In this document: piece by piece, positions 13,251 through 23,257 of the stretch
Layout: every line of letters starts with the position of its first letter
Position numbering within the stretch: position 1 is the first letter of the stretch
From: an uncultured Gemmatimonadales bacterium
GTDB taxonomy: Bacteria > Gemmatimonadota > Gemmatimonadetes > Gemmatimonadales > GWC2-71-9
DNA length: 64,000 nucleotides
Direction: 5' to 3'
Assembly: GCA_963771275.1 (NCBI GenBank)
Contig: CAVYSW010000009.1
Span: forward strand, 192,001-256,000
Notes under the pieces: model-generated
The model's input: only the letters and a program-made list of their open reading frames with translations
Database searches by the model: none
Told to the model about the DNA's origin: nothing
Position numbers and translations under genes: made by a program

Positions 13251-15122
13251 TCACAGCGAGCCCTCCAATGCCGCGTTCACCATCGCCGCTCTCGATCCGT
13301 AGCGCGCCAGCAGCTCAGCCGCCACGCCGTGGGGGACGTTGGTGAGCGCGTAGAGCAGATGGACCCCTTGCACCGCCTCCCGCCGCCGCTCGATAGCGAT
13401 CGCGGTCGCCGACTCGATCGCCGCGGCGGCCTCGGGATGGAGGGGTAGCCGCGGCCGGTCGACGTGCTCCCCGATGGAACGCACCCGGTCCATGACGTCG
13501 GCGCGGAACCGGTCGAGGTCCATCCTGCTCACCCTGGTGAAGAACGTGAGCGGCGACCCGCCAGCTGCCAAGAGACCGAAGAGCAGATTCTCGGGCCGAA
13601 CATCGGCTTGCCCGAGGCGAGCCGCGTCGTCGAGCGCCCGCTCCAGGGCTTCCTGGAGCTTCGGGTCGGGCCGGGGCGGATCCGGCGGGCGCGCGTCGCG
13701 CTCGGCGAGGATTGCGTCGGGGTCCATGCCGCACAGCTCCACGATACGCCGGCGTCCGGGATGGTCCGGCGCGCTCTCGAACAGCTCGCGGGCGATCTCA
13801 CGCGCGGACGATCGGGGGTGCCACCCCCGCAGGTCGAGATCGGCGCCGCAGCGTACCAGGCACTCGACCACCGGCGCCCAGGCGTTCCCGACCGCCACCT
13901 GGATCACCGGATTGCCATACACCAGGCTGTCCAGCGGGAAGCCGCGCGACGCCATGTACTCGAGCACGGCCGTGCGGCCGTTGACCATGGCGATGACGAA
14001 GGCCTCCATGAGGACCTCTTCGTCGTCGGCATCCCCATGCTGCGGCCCGAAGCCCGGCGGCCCAACGGCGTCGAAGTCCGGACGGAGCCGGCACGCCACG
14101 GGCTTGGGCTTGCCCTTGGCATCGAGTGAGCGGCGCACCCCCTCGACGTCGCCGAGCCCGGCGGAGATCCACAACGCCCCGCGCGGCGTGGCGCGCGCGG
14201 CCACGAGGTCCACCGCCTCGCCGTTCCAGTACAAGATCAGTGCATGCTCCAGGACTGGAATGCCGTTGGGCGCCACCCAGTTGGGATCCGCGCCGCGGTC
14301 GAGCAGCCAGCGTACCTTCTCGGCTTTCATGTGGATGCGACCGCAGAGTTGCCGGTTGAGCTCGAGATGGAGATCGAGTCCCTGCGCGGCGAGCCAATCC
14401 ATGATCGGACGCGTCGCCGCCCGGCCGAGGATCCGCTCGTGATGGATGGCGGTTCTGAGCAGGCTGCCCCCTTTGGCAACCTCATAGTCCGTTGGGTGCA
14501 GCAGCTCGGGATGCGCCTGGACCACGCGCTCGAGCGCCTCCAGGTCGCCCGCTTCCATGGCCTGGCTGGCGAGTGCGAGGGGATGCACCTCCCAATCGTC
14601 CACCTGCCTGGGACCTTCCGCCTCACAGCGCTCGAGCAGCACCTCCCAGCTGGGATAGCCGTAGCCTCGCGCCACCGCGAGACGCGCGTCGTCCTCGGTG
14701 ACCACGGACACGAACACGTCGTCCAGGCGCATCCCATAGAACTGCGGCACGTACGCGGCGAGCTGGCGCGCCGCGACGATCCGCCAGTTGCGATGCCGGG
14801 CCAGCAGTCCGCGGACGCTCTCGTCGAGAAAGTCACGGGGGAGATACTGGACCGATCCGTGGTTCAAGCGCTGGCGATGGACGTCGCCGAAGTAACGGAC
14901 CAGCCTGGGCCAGCTCGTGAATCCATACTCGCGCGCGATGACGAGCTGCGCGTCGGCGAGGCGGATCCGCGCCGGCGCGGACGCGTCGATCGCCGGATGT
15001 CGCGCGCGGGCGCGGGCGCGCGCCTCGGAGTCGCCGGCACGCAGTCGGCGGAGCAGCGCCTTGGCCTCTTTCTTCTCGAACTCGAGGTTGGGCTGGGGCG
15101 GGAGCGGGCGCAATGCGGACAT
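13251..15122 (-). CDS. Ankyrin-like protein with LPxxPNLE N-terminus and C-terminal Clp N-terminal (Clp_N) repeats
   Basis: LPPQPNLEFEKKEAK; AQLVIAREYGFTSW and a second similar unit; LLDRGADPN; ALERALDDAARLG...ENLLFGLL and HLLYAL. Confidence 0.75.
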   Translation of the reverse strand: MSALRPLPPQPNLEFEKKEAKALLRRLRAGDSEARARARARHPAIDASAPARIRLADAQLVIAREYGFTSWPRLVRYFGDVHRQRLNHGSVQYLPRDFLDESVRGLLARHRNWRIVAARQLAAYVPQFYGMRLDDVFVSVVTEDDARLAVARGYGYPSWEVLLERCEAEGPRQVDDWEVHPLALASQAMEAGDLEALERVVQAHPELLHPTDYEVAKGGSLLRTAIHHERILGRAATRPIMDWLAAQGLDLHLELNRQLCGRIHMKAEKVRWLLDRGADPNWVAPNGIPVLEHALILYWNGEAVDLVAARATPRGALWISAGLGDVEGVRRSLDAKGKPKPVACRLRPDFDAVGPPGFGPQHGDADDEEVLMEAFVIAMVNGRTAVLEYMASRGFPLDSLVYGNPVIQVAVGNAWAPVVECLVRCGADLDLRGWHPRSSAREIARELFESAPDHPGRRRIVELCGMDPDAILAERDARPPDPPRPDPKLQEALERALDDAARLGQADVRPENLLFGLLAAGGSPLTFFTRVSRMDLDRFRADVMDRVRSIGEHVDRPRLPLHPEAAAAIESATAIAIERRREAVQGVHLLYALTNVPHGVAAELLARYGSRAAMVNAALEGSL

Positions 15123-15290
15123 GAGACCCCTTTCGCAGCGGCCCGTGTCCGCCTGGTGGGCCCGAAAAGAGGGTGACGCGATCGAGCAGGTGGAGCGACG
15201 ACGTCGGATGGGACCATCCCTTTCCGCGGACCGGTAGCGCTCCGACGGCGCTTCCCCAAGACTCGCGGGCGCCGGGGATGCCGTCAAGTG
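15123..15290 (-). promoter_or_regulatory. Structured 5' leader with an SD-sequestering hairpin
   Basis: Stem 15126-15135/15163-15174 covers the AAAGGGG SD; inner GGCCC/GGGCC stem; TTGACG at 15282-15287. Confidence 0.45.
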
Positions 15291-15393
15291 GGCACCCAGT
15301 GGCACGGCGCTTCGTGAGAGCGCCTTTCGCTTCACCGGCGGCTCTTCCCGCGCGCGGCTAGCTCGGGGCCCCTCCCTCTTTGTACCTTGCGCC

Positions 15394-16149
15394 ATGCGCG
15401 CGTTTCCCCCGGCCGTCCTCGGCCTCGCACTCACCGTCCCCTCCGTCGTCCTCGCCCAGGGCAGTCCGCGCGACATCGTGGACCAAGTGGACCGCCTGAT
15501 GCGCGGCCATTCGAGCCGCGCGACGGTCACGATGGAGATCGTCACCGCGCACTGGCAGCGCACCATGGAGCTCCGCGTCTGGTCGCTCGGCACCCGCTAC
15601 GCGCTGATCCGCATCCTGTCCCCCGCCAAGGACGCGGGGACCGCCACCCTCAAGGCCGGCAACGAGATCTGGAACTACCTGCCGCGCGTCGATCGGACGA
15701 TCAAGGTGCCGTCCTCGCTCATGGGCGCGGCGTGGATGGGCTCCCACTTCACCAACGACGACCTCGTGAAGGAGAGCCGCATCATCGACGACTACGATAT
15801 CGCGATCGGCTACGAGGGACCGCGTGACGGCGTGAATGTGTGGGAGTTCGTGCTCACCCCCAAGCCCGACGCGGCGGTGGTGTGGGGCCGGATCGAGGAG
15901 CAGGTGCGGCAGGCGGACCTCATGCCCACCTGGGCCAAGTACTATGACGAGCGCGGCCGGCTGGCCCGCTCGATCACGTTCGGCGCCTACCGGCGGATGG
16001 GTGGCCGCCTGGTACCGGCGGTGATGACCGTGGTGCCGACCGACAAACCGGAAGAGCGCACCGTGCTGCGCTACACCGATCTGGCCTTCGACGTGGGCCT
16101 CGATCCGGCCTTCTTCTCGCTCCGGCAGCTGCGGAGCGACGGGCGCTGA
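15394..16149 (+). CDS. Outer membrane lipoprotein-sorting (LolA-like) protein
   Basis: Signal peptide; IWNYLPRVDRTIK, WMGSHFTNDDL. Confidence 0.88.
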   Translation: MRAFPPAVLGLALTVPSVVLAQGSPRDIVDQVDRLMRGHSSRATVTMEIVTAHWQRTMELRVWSLGTRYALIRILSPAKDAGTATLKAGNEIWNYLPRVDRTIKVPSSLMGAAWMGSHFTNDDLVKESRIIDDYDIAIGYEGPRDGVNVWEFVLTPKPDAAVVWGRIEEQVRQADLMPTWAKYYDERGRLARSITFGAYRRMGGRLVPAVMTVVPTDKPEERTVLRYTDLAFDVGLDPAFFSLRQLRSDGR

Positions 16150-16154
16150 CGCCG

Positions 16155-17417
16155 ATGGCCACCCGTCCCTGGTGGCGCATCGGCTGGCGCAACCTCGGCC
16201 GCAACCGCCGCCGCACCGTGCTCACCGCCGTCGGGCTGGCGGTGGGCTACACGTCGGTCGTGGTCATTGCGGGCCTGACGGACGGCCTCACCAACGAGAT
16301 GGTGGATACGGCGACGGGGATCATCACCGGCCAGGTGCAGATCCACACCCCCGCGTACCTGCCGGATCGCAGCGTGTACGAGACGATCGGCGGCGACGCC
16401 GGGACCGACGTCGGGGCCCTGCTCGGCGCGGCCAGTGCAGACCCGGCGGTGACCGGCGCCGCGCCGCGCGTCTATGCCGGCGGACTGATCAGCTCCGGCG
16501 CCGCGACGGTCGGGGCCATGCTGGTCGGCGTGGATCCGGCCCGCGAGCCCACCGTCACCCGGCTCCCGGCCGCCGTGCGCGCGGGCGGCTTCCCGACAGC
16601 CGGGAAAAAGGAGCTGCTCATCGGCCGGGGCATGGCGACCCAGCTGGGCGTGGCGCCGGGCGCACAGCTCGTGCTGGTGGCCCCGGCCGCGGACGGCTCG
16701 CTCGGCAACGACCTGTTCACCGTGAGCGGGGTGTTCGAGAGCGGCATGCAGGATCTCGATCAGGGCTACGCGCTCCTCCCGCTCGACGTGCTGCAGGAGC
16801 TGCTGGCCCTGGCGCCCGGCCGCATCCACGAAGTCGCCCTCCGGGTGGAGGACCCCTGGCAGGCACCTGCCGTCGCCGAGCGGGTCGGCGCGCGCCTGCG
16901 GGACCTCGCCGCCACGCCGCTGCTGGTCCAGCCATGGACCGTGCTCCGCCCCGAGCTGGTGGACTACGCCCGGCTCGCCAGGGCATCGCTTTGGATCGTG
17001 CTGGTCGTGATCTTCGCCATGGCGATCTTCGGCGTCGCCAACACGCTGCTGATGGCGACGTTCGAACGACGCTACGAGTTCGCGCTGTTGCTCGCGCTCG
17101 GCGCCGCGCCGCGCGGCATCGTCCGCGCCATCCTGATCGAGGGGATGGCGCTGGGCGTCGTCAGCATCGCTCTCGGCGCGCTCACCAGCGTCCCGCTCAT
17201 TCTCTGGCTCCATCATGCGCCGCTCGACCTGAGCCGCTTCGTCGGCGGATTCACCATGGCCGGCGCCCTGGTGCGGCCGCTGCTCCGTGCCGACTACCCG
17301 ACGGCGATGTTCTTCGCCGCCGGGGCGACGCTGCTCATCACCACGCTGCTGGCCTCGCTCTACCCGGCGTTCCGCGCGACCCGCATTCCGCCGGCCGACA
17401 CGCTGCAGGGACGCTGA
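16155..17417 (+). CDS. ABC transporter permease (LolE/FtsX/MacB family)
   Basis: WRNLGRNRRRT start, periplasmic domain, FERRYEFALLLALG, LYPA.RA. Confidence 0.9.
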   Translation: MATRPWWRIGWRNLGRNRRRTVLTAVGLAVGYTSVVVIAGLTDGLTNEMVDTATGIITGQVQIHTPAYLPDRSVYETIGGDAGTDVGALLGAASADPAVTGAAPRVYAGGLISSGAATVGAMLVGVDPAREPTVTRLPAAVRAGGFPTAGKKELLIGRGMATQLGVAPGAQLVLVAPAADGSLGNDLFTVSGVFESGMQDLDQGYALLPLDVLQELLALAPGRIHEVALRVEDPWQAPAVAERVGARLRDLAATPLLVQPWTVLRPELVDYARLARASLWIVLVVIFAMAIFGVANTLLMATFERRYEFALLLALGAAPRGIVRAILIEGMALGVVSIALGALTSVPLILWLHHAPLDLSRFVGGFTMAGALVRPLLRADYPTAMFFAAGATLLITTLLASLYPAFRATRIPPADTLQGR

Positions 17418-17418
17418 G

Positions 17419-18687
17419 ATGCAGCGCGCCCGGCTGCTCGTGCGTCTCGCGCTCCGCAACCTGCGACGCCAGGTCCGCCGCAGCTTCCTCACCGCCTCGG
17501 CCATGGTGGTGAGCCTCATCCTGCTGGTGTTCTCGCGCTCGATCGCCGACGGCGGCCACGACAAGTGGATCGACGGCGGCGTCCGGCTCGGCTCGGGCCA
17601 CCTCGCGTTTCAGGCACCGGCCTACGCCGCACGCCACGCGATCGAGAACAGCCTGCGCGCGTCCGACGTGGCGGCGATCGACCAGGCGCTCGACGCGCCC
17701 GGGATCCGCGGGCACGTCGCGGCCGTCGCGCACCGAGTCGAAGTGGCGGGGCTCGCCGCCTCCGCCGCCGCCGCCGTGCCGGTCGCCGTCCAGGGCGTGA
17801 ACCCGGACGAGGAACCGGCCTTCTCCGAGATGGACCGCCGGCTGGTGGACGGCCGGTACCTCCAGGCGGACGACCGGCTGGCCGGCTACGTCGGCGAAGG
17901 GCTCGCGCGCCGGCTCCGCCTGCGGCTGGGCGACCGCCTCGTCCTCACCGCCCAGGCCCTCGACAGCTCCATCACGGAGCAGCTGGTCCGGGTCGTCGGG
18001 ACGTTCCGCACCGGCATCCCCGAGGTGGATCAGGGACTCCTCCAGATTCCGCTGCCCACGGCGCAGAACTGGCTCGGCCTGGACCACGCAGTCACGACGG
18101 TCGGCGTGCTGCTGGACGACAGCTGGGTCACGGACCGGCTCGTGGGCCGGGCCCGGACCCTGCTGGCCACGCAGGCGGACCGGATCGCCGTGCTCTCGTG
18201 GCGTCGCGCCATGCCGGAGCTCGACGCCGCCGTCCGCGTCGACGACGCCGGCGACTACATCTTCCACGCCGTGCTGTTCCTCATCGTGGCGCTCGCCATC
18301 GTGAACACAGTCCTCATGTCGGTGCTGCAGCGCACGCGCGAGTTCGGCGTGATCAGAGCCCTGGGCCTTCGCCGGCGCGACTCGGCAACCCTGGTGACGC
18401 TCGAGACCATGCTGCTGGCGCTGCTGAGCGGCGTCGTGGGCATTGCCCTCGGCCTCGCGCTCACGTGGGGGCTGTTCCGGCACGGCATCGACTTGACGCG
18501 CTTCATGGGCGACCAGTTCACGGCGGCGGGCACCGTCATCGACCCGGTGTTCGTGCCGCAGTTCCGCCTTACCCAGCTCGTCCAGAGTCTCGTGTTCACC
18601 GTCGTGATCGGGCTGCTGGCCTCGCTGTATCCGGCCTGGCGCGCGACCCGGATCGACATCACCGAGGCCATGAAATTCGAAGGATGA
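17419..18687 (+). CDS. ABC transporter permease (LolE/FtsX/MacB family), second subunit
   Basis: ALRNLRRQ, MSVLQRTREFGVIRALG, LYPAWRA. Confidence 0.9.
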   Translation: MQRARLLVRLALRNLRRQVRRSFLTASAMVVSLILLVFSRSIADGGHDKWIDGGVRLGSGHLAFQAPAYAARHAIENSLRASDVAAIDQALDAPGIRGHVAAVAHRVEVAGLAASAAAAVPVAVQGVNPDEEPAFSEMDRRLVDGRYLQADDRLAGYVGEGLARRLRLRLGDRLVLTAQALDSSITEQLVRVVGTFRTGIPEVDQGLLQIPLPTAQNWLGLDHAVTTVGVLLDDSWVTDRLVGRARTLLATQADRIAVLSWRRAMPELDAAVRVDDAGDYIFHAVLFLIVALAIVNTVLMSVLQRTREFGVIRALGLRRRDSATLVTLETMLLALLSGVVGIALGLALTWGLFRHGIDLTRFMGDQFTAAGTVIDPVFVPQFRLTQLVQSLVFTVVIGLLASLYPAWRATRIDITEAMKFEG

Positions 18688-19382
18688 CTCCCGATCGCCG
18701 ACCCGCCGTCCGCACCGACGCGGTGTGGAAGATCTACGAGCACGACGGCATCGCCGTCGAGGCCGTGCGCGCCGTCACCTTGCGGATCGAGCCGGGTGAG
18801 TTCGTCGTGCTCGCCGGGCCGTCCGGCTCGGGCAAGACCACCCTGCTCAACCTGCTCGGCGGCCTCACGCGCCCGAGCCGCGGGCGGGTGTGGATCGACG
18901 AGCGCGACATCACCGACATGACCGAGCCCCAGCTCGCCCAGCTCCGCCTCGAGCGGCTCGGCTTCGTGTTTCAGGCCTACAACCTGCTCCCCGTGCTCAC
19001 CGCCCTGGAGAACGCCGAGTTCACCCTGCTGCTCCGCGGTCGCCCGGAGGGCGAGCGCCACCGGCAGGTCCGCGCGCTGTTCGAGAAGATCGGCATCGGC
19101 GGGCTCGAGGATCGCCGCCCGGGGAAGCTGTCCGGCGGCCAGCAACAGCGGGTGGCCGTGGCACGCGCGGTGGTCGGCGAGCCCGCCCTGGTGCTGGCTG
19201 ACGAGCCGACCGCCAATCTCGACCGTGCCGCGAGCAACGCGCTGCTGGACGTGATGACCACGCTCAACCAGGAGCTGGGCACCACCTTCGTCTTCGCCAC
19301 GCACGATACCGACCTCATGGCGCGCGCCCGGCGGCTGATCCGGCTCGTCGACGGTGCGATCACGTCCGACGTCCGCCCGTAG
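18684..19382 (+). CDS. ABC transporter ATP-binding protein (LolD-like)
   Basis: GPSGSGKTT, LSGGQQQRVA, LADEPTANLD, THD; ATGA overlap. Confidence 0.93.
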   Translation: MTPDRRPAVRTDAVWKIYEHDGIAVEAVRAVTLRIEPGEFVVLAGPSGSGKTTLLNLLGGLTRPSRGRVWIDERDITDMTEPQLAQLRLERLGFVFQAYNLLPVLTALENAEFTLLLRGRPEGERHRQVRALFEKIGIGGLEDRRPGKLSGGQQQRVAVARAVVGEPALVLADEPTANLDRAASNALLDVMTTLNQELGTTFVFATHDTDLMARARRLIRLVDGAITSDVRP

Positions 19383-20562
19383 GCGCTCGGCGGCGCGCGC
19401 GATCGCGCCCTTCCTGCTGGCGCTCGGCGGCGCGGCGCCGCTCACCGCCCAACAGGGGGTCGGTGGCTACGCGCTCAACGTGTTCCTCGGTGCCGGCGAC
19501 GGCCCGTTCAGTGCGGCCGGCGTGCAGGATTTCCAGCGGCTGCGCCTGATGCTCAAGCCGGCGCGCGGCGCCGTATCGCTCGATCTCGCCTACGAACAGC
19601 TCCTCACCGTCGCCACGACGACCGGCCTGCGGGCGTTCGCCACGTCGCTCGGCCAACCCGCCGGCAGCGGCGACTGGCTGCCGCTCCAAGGAACGATCGC
19701 CGCGGGGGCGCATGCGACGTGGCGCCACCGCGTGGACCGGCTCGCCGTCACCGTCGCGCGACCGCTCGGCGAACTGGCCCTCGGGCGGCAACCCATGTCC
19801 TGGGCCACGACCCTGTTCCTCACCCCCGCCGATCCGTTCGCGCCGTTCGACCCGGCCGACCCGTTCCGCGAGTACCGCGCCGGCGTCGACGCGGCGCGCG
19901 TGCGCGTGTTCCCCAGTGCCATGAGCGAGCTGGAAGCGGTCGTCCGGCCGGCCACGTTCGACTCGGTCACCACGGTAACCGCCCTGGCGCGCGGCAAGAT
20001 CGCCGTGGGCCGGATCGAGCTGGCCGGATGGGGCGGCGTGCTGCACGACCGGGCCGCGGGCGCGCTGGGCGTCACGATCAGGGTGGCGGGGGCGGTGCTC
20101 CGCTCCGAAGCCGCCCTGCGCCGTGCGGGTGATACGACGGTGGTCCGGCTGGCCGTCGGCGCCGATCGGACGTTCGAGATCGCGGGCCGCACGCTGTACG
20201 TGCTGGCCGAATACCAGCGGGACGGCTTCGGCGCGGCCGGCGCCGGTGGGCTCCCAACGGTGCTCGGCTCGGCGCCCTACCGGCGCGGCGAGCTGCAGGT
20301 ACTGGGCCGCCACGAAATCATGGCGCAGGCGACCTATCAACTGCATCCGCTCGTCCGCCTCGAGACGCTGAGCGTGTGGAACGCGGGGGACGGCAGCGCG
20401 CTGCTGGCGCCGGCCGTCGGGTATGACGCCCTGGCGAATCTCGGGTTCCGCCTGGGGGCCTTCGTGGGGATCGGCGCCCGACGGACGGCGGCCGGGTTCC
20501 CGGGCTCGGAGTACGGGGCGGTGCCGGTCGCGGGGTACCTCTCGGGGAGCTTCTTCTTCTAG
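19354..20562 (+). CDS. Hypothetical exported/outer-membrane beta-barrel protein
   Basis: Signal peptide, GRQPMSW motif, C-terminal FF; last gene of the ABC operon. Confidence 0.7.
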   Translation: MRSRPTSARRRSAARAIAPFLLALGGAAPLTAQQGVGGYALNVFLGAGDGPFSAAGVQDFQRLRLMLKPARGAVSLDLAYEQLLTVATTTGLRAFATSLGQPAGSGDWLPLQGTIAAGAHATWRHRVDRLAVTVARPLGELALGRQPMSWATTLFLTPADPFAPFDPADPFREYRAGVDAARVRVFPSAMSELEAVVRPATFDSVTTVTALARGKIAVGRIELAGWGGVLHDRAAGALGVTIRVAGAVLRSEAALRRAGDTTVVRLAVGADRTFEIAGRTLYVLAEYQRDGFGAAGAGGLPTVLGSAPYRRGELQVLGRHEIMAQATYQLHPLVRLETLSVWNAGDGSALLAPAVGYDALANLGFRLGAFVGIGARRTAAGFPGSEYGAVPVAGYLSGSFFF

Positions 20563-20654
20563 AATGTCCGACAGAATGTCCAATGTCCAATGTCCAATAT
20601 CCAATGCTCAAGTCCTTGGACATTGGATATTGAGCATTGGACATCGGACATTCT
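20561..20654. repeat. Heptamer-arm palindrome, CAATGTY family, copy 2
   Basis: agaatgtccga...caatgtc caatgtc caatatc caatgct CAAG-tc-CTTG gacattg gatattg agcattg gacatcg gacattct; fills the gap between convergent stops. Confidence 0.92.
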
Positions 20655-22114
20655 CACAGGTAGGGTGAGGCGAGCCGGGCGATCCCGTTCCGGAGACGCC
20701 GCGGCAGCGACATGCCGTCCAGCTCCGCCGCCGTGACGAGGCGACCGCTCGCGCGCTTCTCGTCCATGAAGTGCCCCAGCTGCTCGCCCAGCGCCGGGTC
20801 GTAGCACTCCACGTTGAACTCGAAGTTGAGCCGCAGGCTGCGCGGGTCCCAGTTGGCGGACCCGATCAGGATCCACGCGCCGTCCACGAGCATCAGCTTG
20901 GTGTGGTCGAACGGCGGAGGCGTGTAGTACACGGTGCAGGCGTTCTTCACGAACTGCCAGAGCAGCGCCTGCGACGCCCAGTCGGCGAGCGGGTGGTTGT
21001 TCTGCGCGGGCAGCAGGATCTCGACCCGCACGCCGCGGAGCGCCGCGACGTTGAGCATGGCGGTGAGGGTCGCGTCCGGCAGGAAGTAGGGGGTCATGAT
21101 GCGGATCGACTCCGCCGCCACGCCGAGCGCGCCCTGGATCACCCAGCGCAGCTTCTCGAAGTCCTCGTCGGGACCGTCGGCGATGCCGCGCGCGGCGACC
21201 GTTCCCGCCCGGGCCGGCTCGGGCAACCAGTCAGGGCCGGCGAGCAGTTCCCCCGTGGTGAATACCCAGTCCTCGGCAAACGCCTCCATCAGGTGCTGCA
21301 CGACCGGGCCATCCACCTGAAAGTGGAGATCCTGCACGGGGTGCCTGGCGTGCGCTGTCACGAGATGATCCTGCCGCAGGTTCATGCCGCCCGTGAACCC
21401 CACCGCCCCGTCGACGACCAGGAGCTTGCGGTGATTGCGCAGGTTCCAGAACGGCGCGCGCCACGGCGCGATCGTCGGCATGAAGCGCGCGACCCGGATG
21501 CCGCGTTGCTGGAGCAGGGGCACGACGGGGGGCCATGAGAAGCGGGAACCCAGGCCGTCGATCAGCACGCGGGTCTGCACGCCGCGGCGCGTTGCCCGCT
21601 CCAGCGCGTCCACGAACGCCCTGCCCGCGGGATCATTGTCGAAGATGAAGGTCGAGAGCGCGATCGAGCGCCGCGCATCGTCGATGGCGGCGATCATGGC
21701 CGGGTAGGCGGCATCGCCGTTCACCAGCGGGGTCACCGCGTTGCCCGCCGTGAGCGGCCGGCGACACACGCGATCCACCAGGCGGGCAAGCGTGCCCAGG
21801 TGCCGGTGCTCGTCACCGAGCACGTCCCCGAGGGCCGCGGCAGCGCCACCGAGCGCGGCGTAGGCGCCCGACAGCCGCCGGGTCTCGCCCCGCAGCATCG
21901 CCGCCCGCCGCCGTATTCGATTCACGCCGAGCAGCGCGTACAGCACCGCGCCAACGACCGGGACGAGCCAGATGAGCCCGACCCACGAGACCGCGGCTCG
22001 AGTGTCCCGCTTGTAGAGAATCGCGTGCCCCGACGCGACGATCGCGAGGAGCAGGGTGAGGGCGGCGGCGACCCAGTAGCCCAGCTCGGAGAGGAATGCG
22101 ACGAGCCGATCCAT
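20654..22114 (-). CDS. cls: Cardiolipin synthase
   Basis: N-terminal PLDc_N TM pair; two HKD motifs (NHRKLLVVDG, HTKLMLVDG), GSANWD. Confidence 0.93.
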   Translation of the reverse strand: MDRLVAFLSELGYWVAAALTLLLAIVASGHAILYKRDTRAAVSWVGLIWLVPVVGAVLYALLGVNRIRRRAAMLRGETRRLSGAYAALGGAAAALGDVLGDEHRHLGTLARLVDRVCRRPLTAGNAVTPLVNGDAAYPAMIAAIDDARRSIALSTFIFDNDPAGRAFVDALERATRRGVQTRVLIDGLGSRFSWPPVVPLLQQRGIRVARFMPTIAPWRAPFWNLRNHRKLLVVDGAVGFTGGMNLRQDHLVTAHARHPVQDLHFQVDGPVVQHLMEAFAEDWVFTTGELLAGPDWLPEPARAGTVAARGIADGPDEDFEKLRWVIQGALGVAAESIRIMTPYFLPDATLTAMLNVAALRGVRVEILLPAQNNHPLADWASQALLWQFVKNACTVYYTPPPFDHTKLMLVDGAWILIGSANWDPRSLRLNFEFNVECYDPALGEQLGHFMDEKRASGRLVTAAELDGMSLPRRLRNGIARLASPYL

Positions 22115-22338
22115 GCTCACGAAACTACCTGCCGCCCGCCTATTGACAAATCCCGGACCGACTTACACGTTAGCCCCGCATCTTCGCAGTCGGACGCAGG
22201 ACGCACGTCTTGTCGCTCTTCCTGGACCGGATACGCACCGCCGCGGACCACCCGCGGGCGGTGCGTTTGTGTTTGATGCCGACCAGGGTGGCCGGCGCGT
22301 AACGGGCGGAAGCCCACAGTCGCAGGAGCGGAACGCGT

Positions 22339-22545
22339 ATGGCGCAGGGAACGGTGAAGTGGTTCAACGACGCGAAGGGGTTTGGGTTCGTGCAGCAGGA
22401 CAACGGCCCGGACGTCTTCGTCCACCACACGGCAATCACCATGGACGGCTTCCGCTCGCTGCAGGAGGGCGACCGCGTGGAGTTCGAGATCAAGGAGGGG
22501 CCCAAGGGGCTCCAGGCGGCAAACGTGCGCAAGGTCCAGAAGTGA
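22339..22545 (+). CDS. Cold-shock protein
   Basis: [37 protein letters not shown]; long 5' UTR after TTGACA at 22143-22148. Confidence 0.97.
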   Translation: MAQGTVKWFNDAKGFGFVQQDNGPDVFVHHTAITMDGFRSLQEGDRVEFEIKEGPKGLQAANVRKVQK

Positions 22546-22581
22546 GGGCGCGGGAGCGCCCCACCAGGTCGTAACCACGCC

Positions 22582-22614
22582 GGCGCCGGGCCGCGGGGCG
22601 GCCCGGCGTCTTTG
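22582..22614 (+). terminator. Probable intrinsic terminator after the csp gene
   Basis: ggcgccgggccgc-ggg-gcggcccggcgtc stem followed by TTT. Confidence 0.55.
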
Positions 22615-22632
22615 CGTCTCGTTCCCGATTCG

Positions 22633-23175
22633 CTATCTGCCCTGCCCCACGGGGTGCACGTTCTCGCTCCACCCCGCCACCGGCTCCACCGTATAGATCG
22701 CCTCCGGGTCCGCGGCGCGCGCGGCCGCCACCACCAGCGGGACGCGCCGTCCAATCGCCGAAACGAAAACCAGGGTCGCCGGCCCCGCGGGCGTCGAGCC
22801 GCGGAACGTGGCAAGCACCCGGCCGTCCGGCGCGATCGCCCGTGCAATCTCGTTCGCCCTGCCGCGCGAGATGATGCGCACCAGGTAGCGCCCGAGCGAT
22901 ACCCGCCGCTCGACAATCATCCCCACGCCCGTCCCCGCCGAGAACCCCGCCGCGTAGAACACCGCGAGCCAGAACGAGTGCTGGATGCGGATGACGACCT
23001 GGGAGATGGCCGTCACCCAGACGAGCACCTCGAAGAACGCGAGCGTCACGGCGAGCCGGGCGCGGCCCTGGATCATCGAGATGGTCCGCACCGTGCTGAT
23101 CGGGACGTCGATGATCCGGAGACAGAAGATGCCGAGGCCGAGGAGCCAGATCGGAAGCGAGTCGAGAGTAGACAT
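22633..23175 (-). CDS. DUF2179/DUF5698-like membrane protein
   Basis: IFCLRIIDV..STVRTI, LAFFEVLVW, YAAGFSAGT. Confidence 0.8.
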   Translation of the reverse strand: MSTLDSLPIWLLGLGIFCLRIIDVPISTVRTISMIQGRARLAVTLAFFEVLVWVTAISQVVIRIQHSFWLAVFYAAGFSAGTGVGMIVERRVSLGRYLVRIISRGRANEIARAIAPDGRVLATFRGSTPAGPATLVFVSAIGRRVPLVVAAARAADPEAIYTVEPVAGWSENVHPVGQGR

Positions 23176-23257
23176 GGACTGAAGTCTAGACGCCTGGACG
23201 GCATGCCGCCCGACCGCCTAAACTGTCTCCGTCTCCAACCCCCGGCCCCGGCCGCCC

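Noticed and set aside
15123..15593. N-terminal extension of the 780-aa ORF
   Set aside because: It overlaps the divergent LolA-like gene and the structured leader; family-like sequence begins at ATG 15122.
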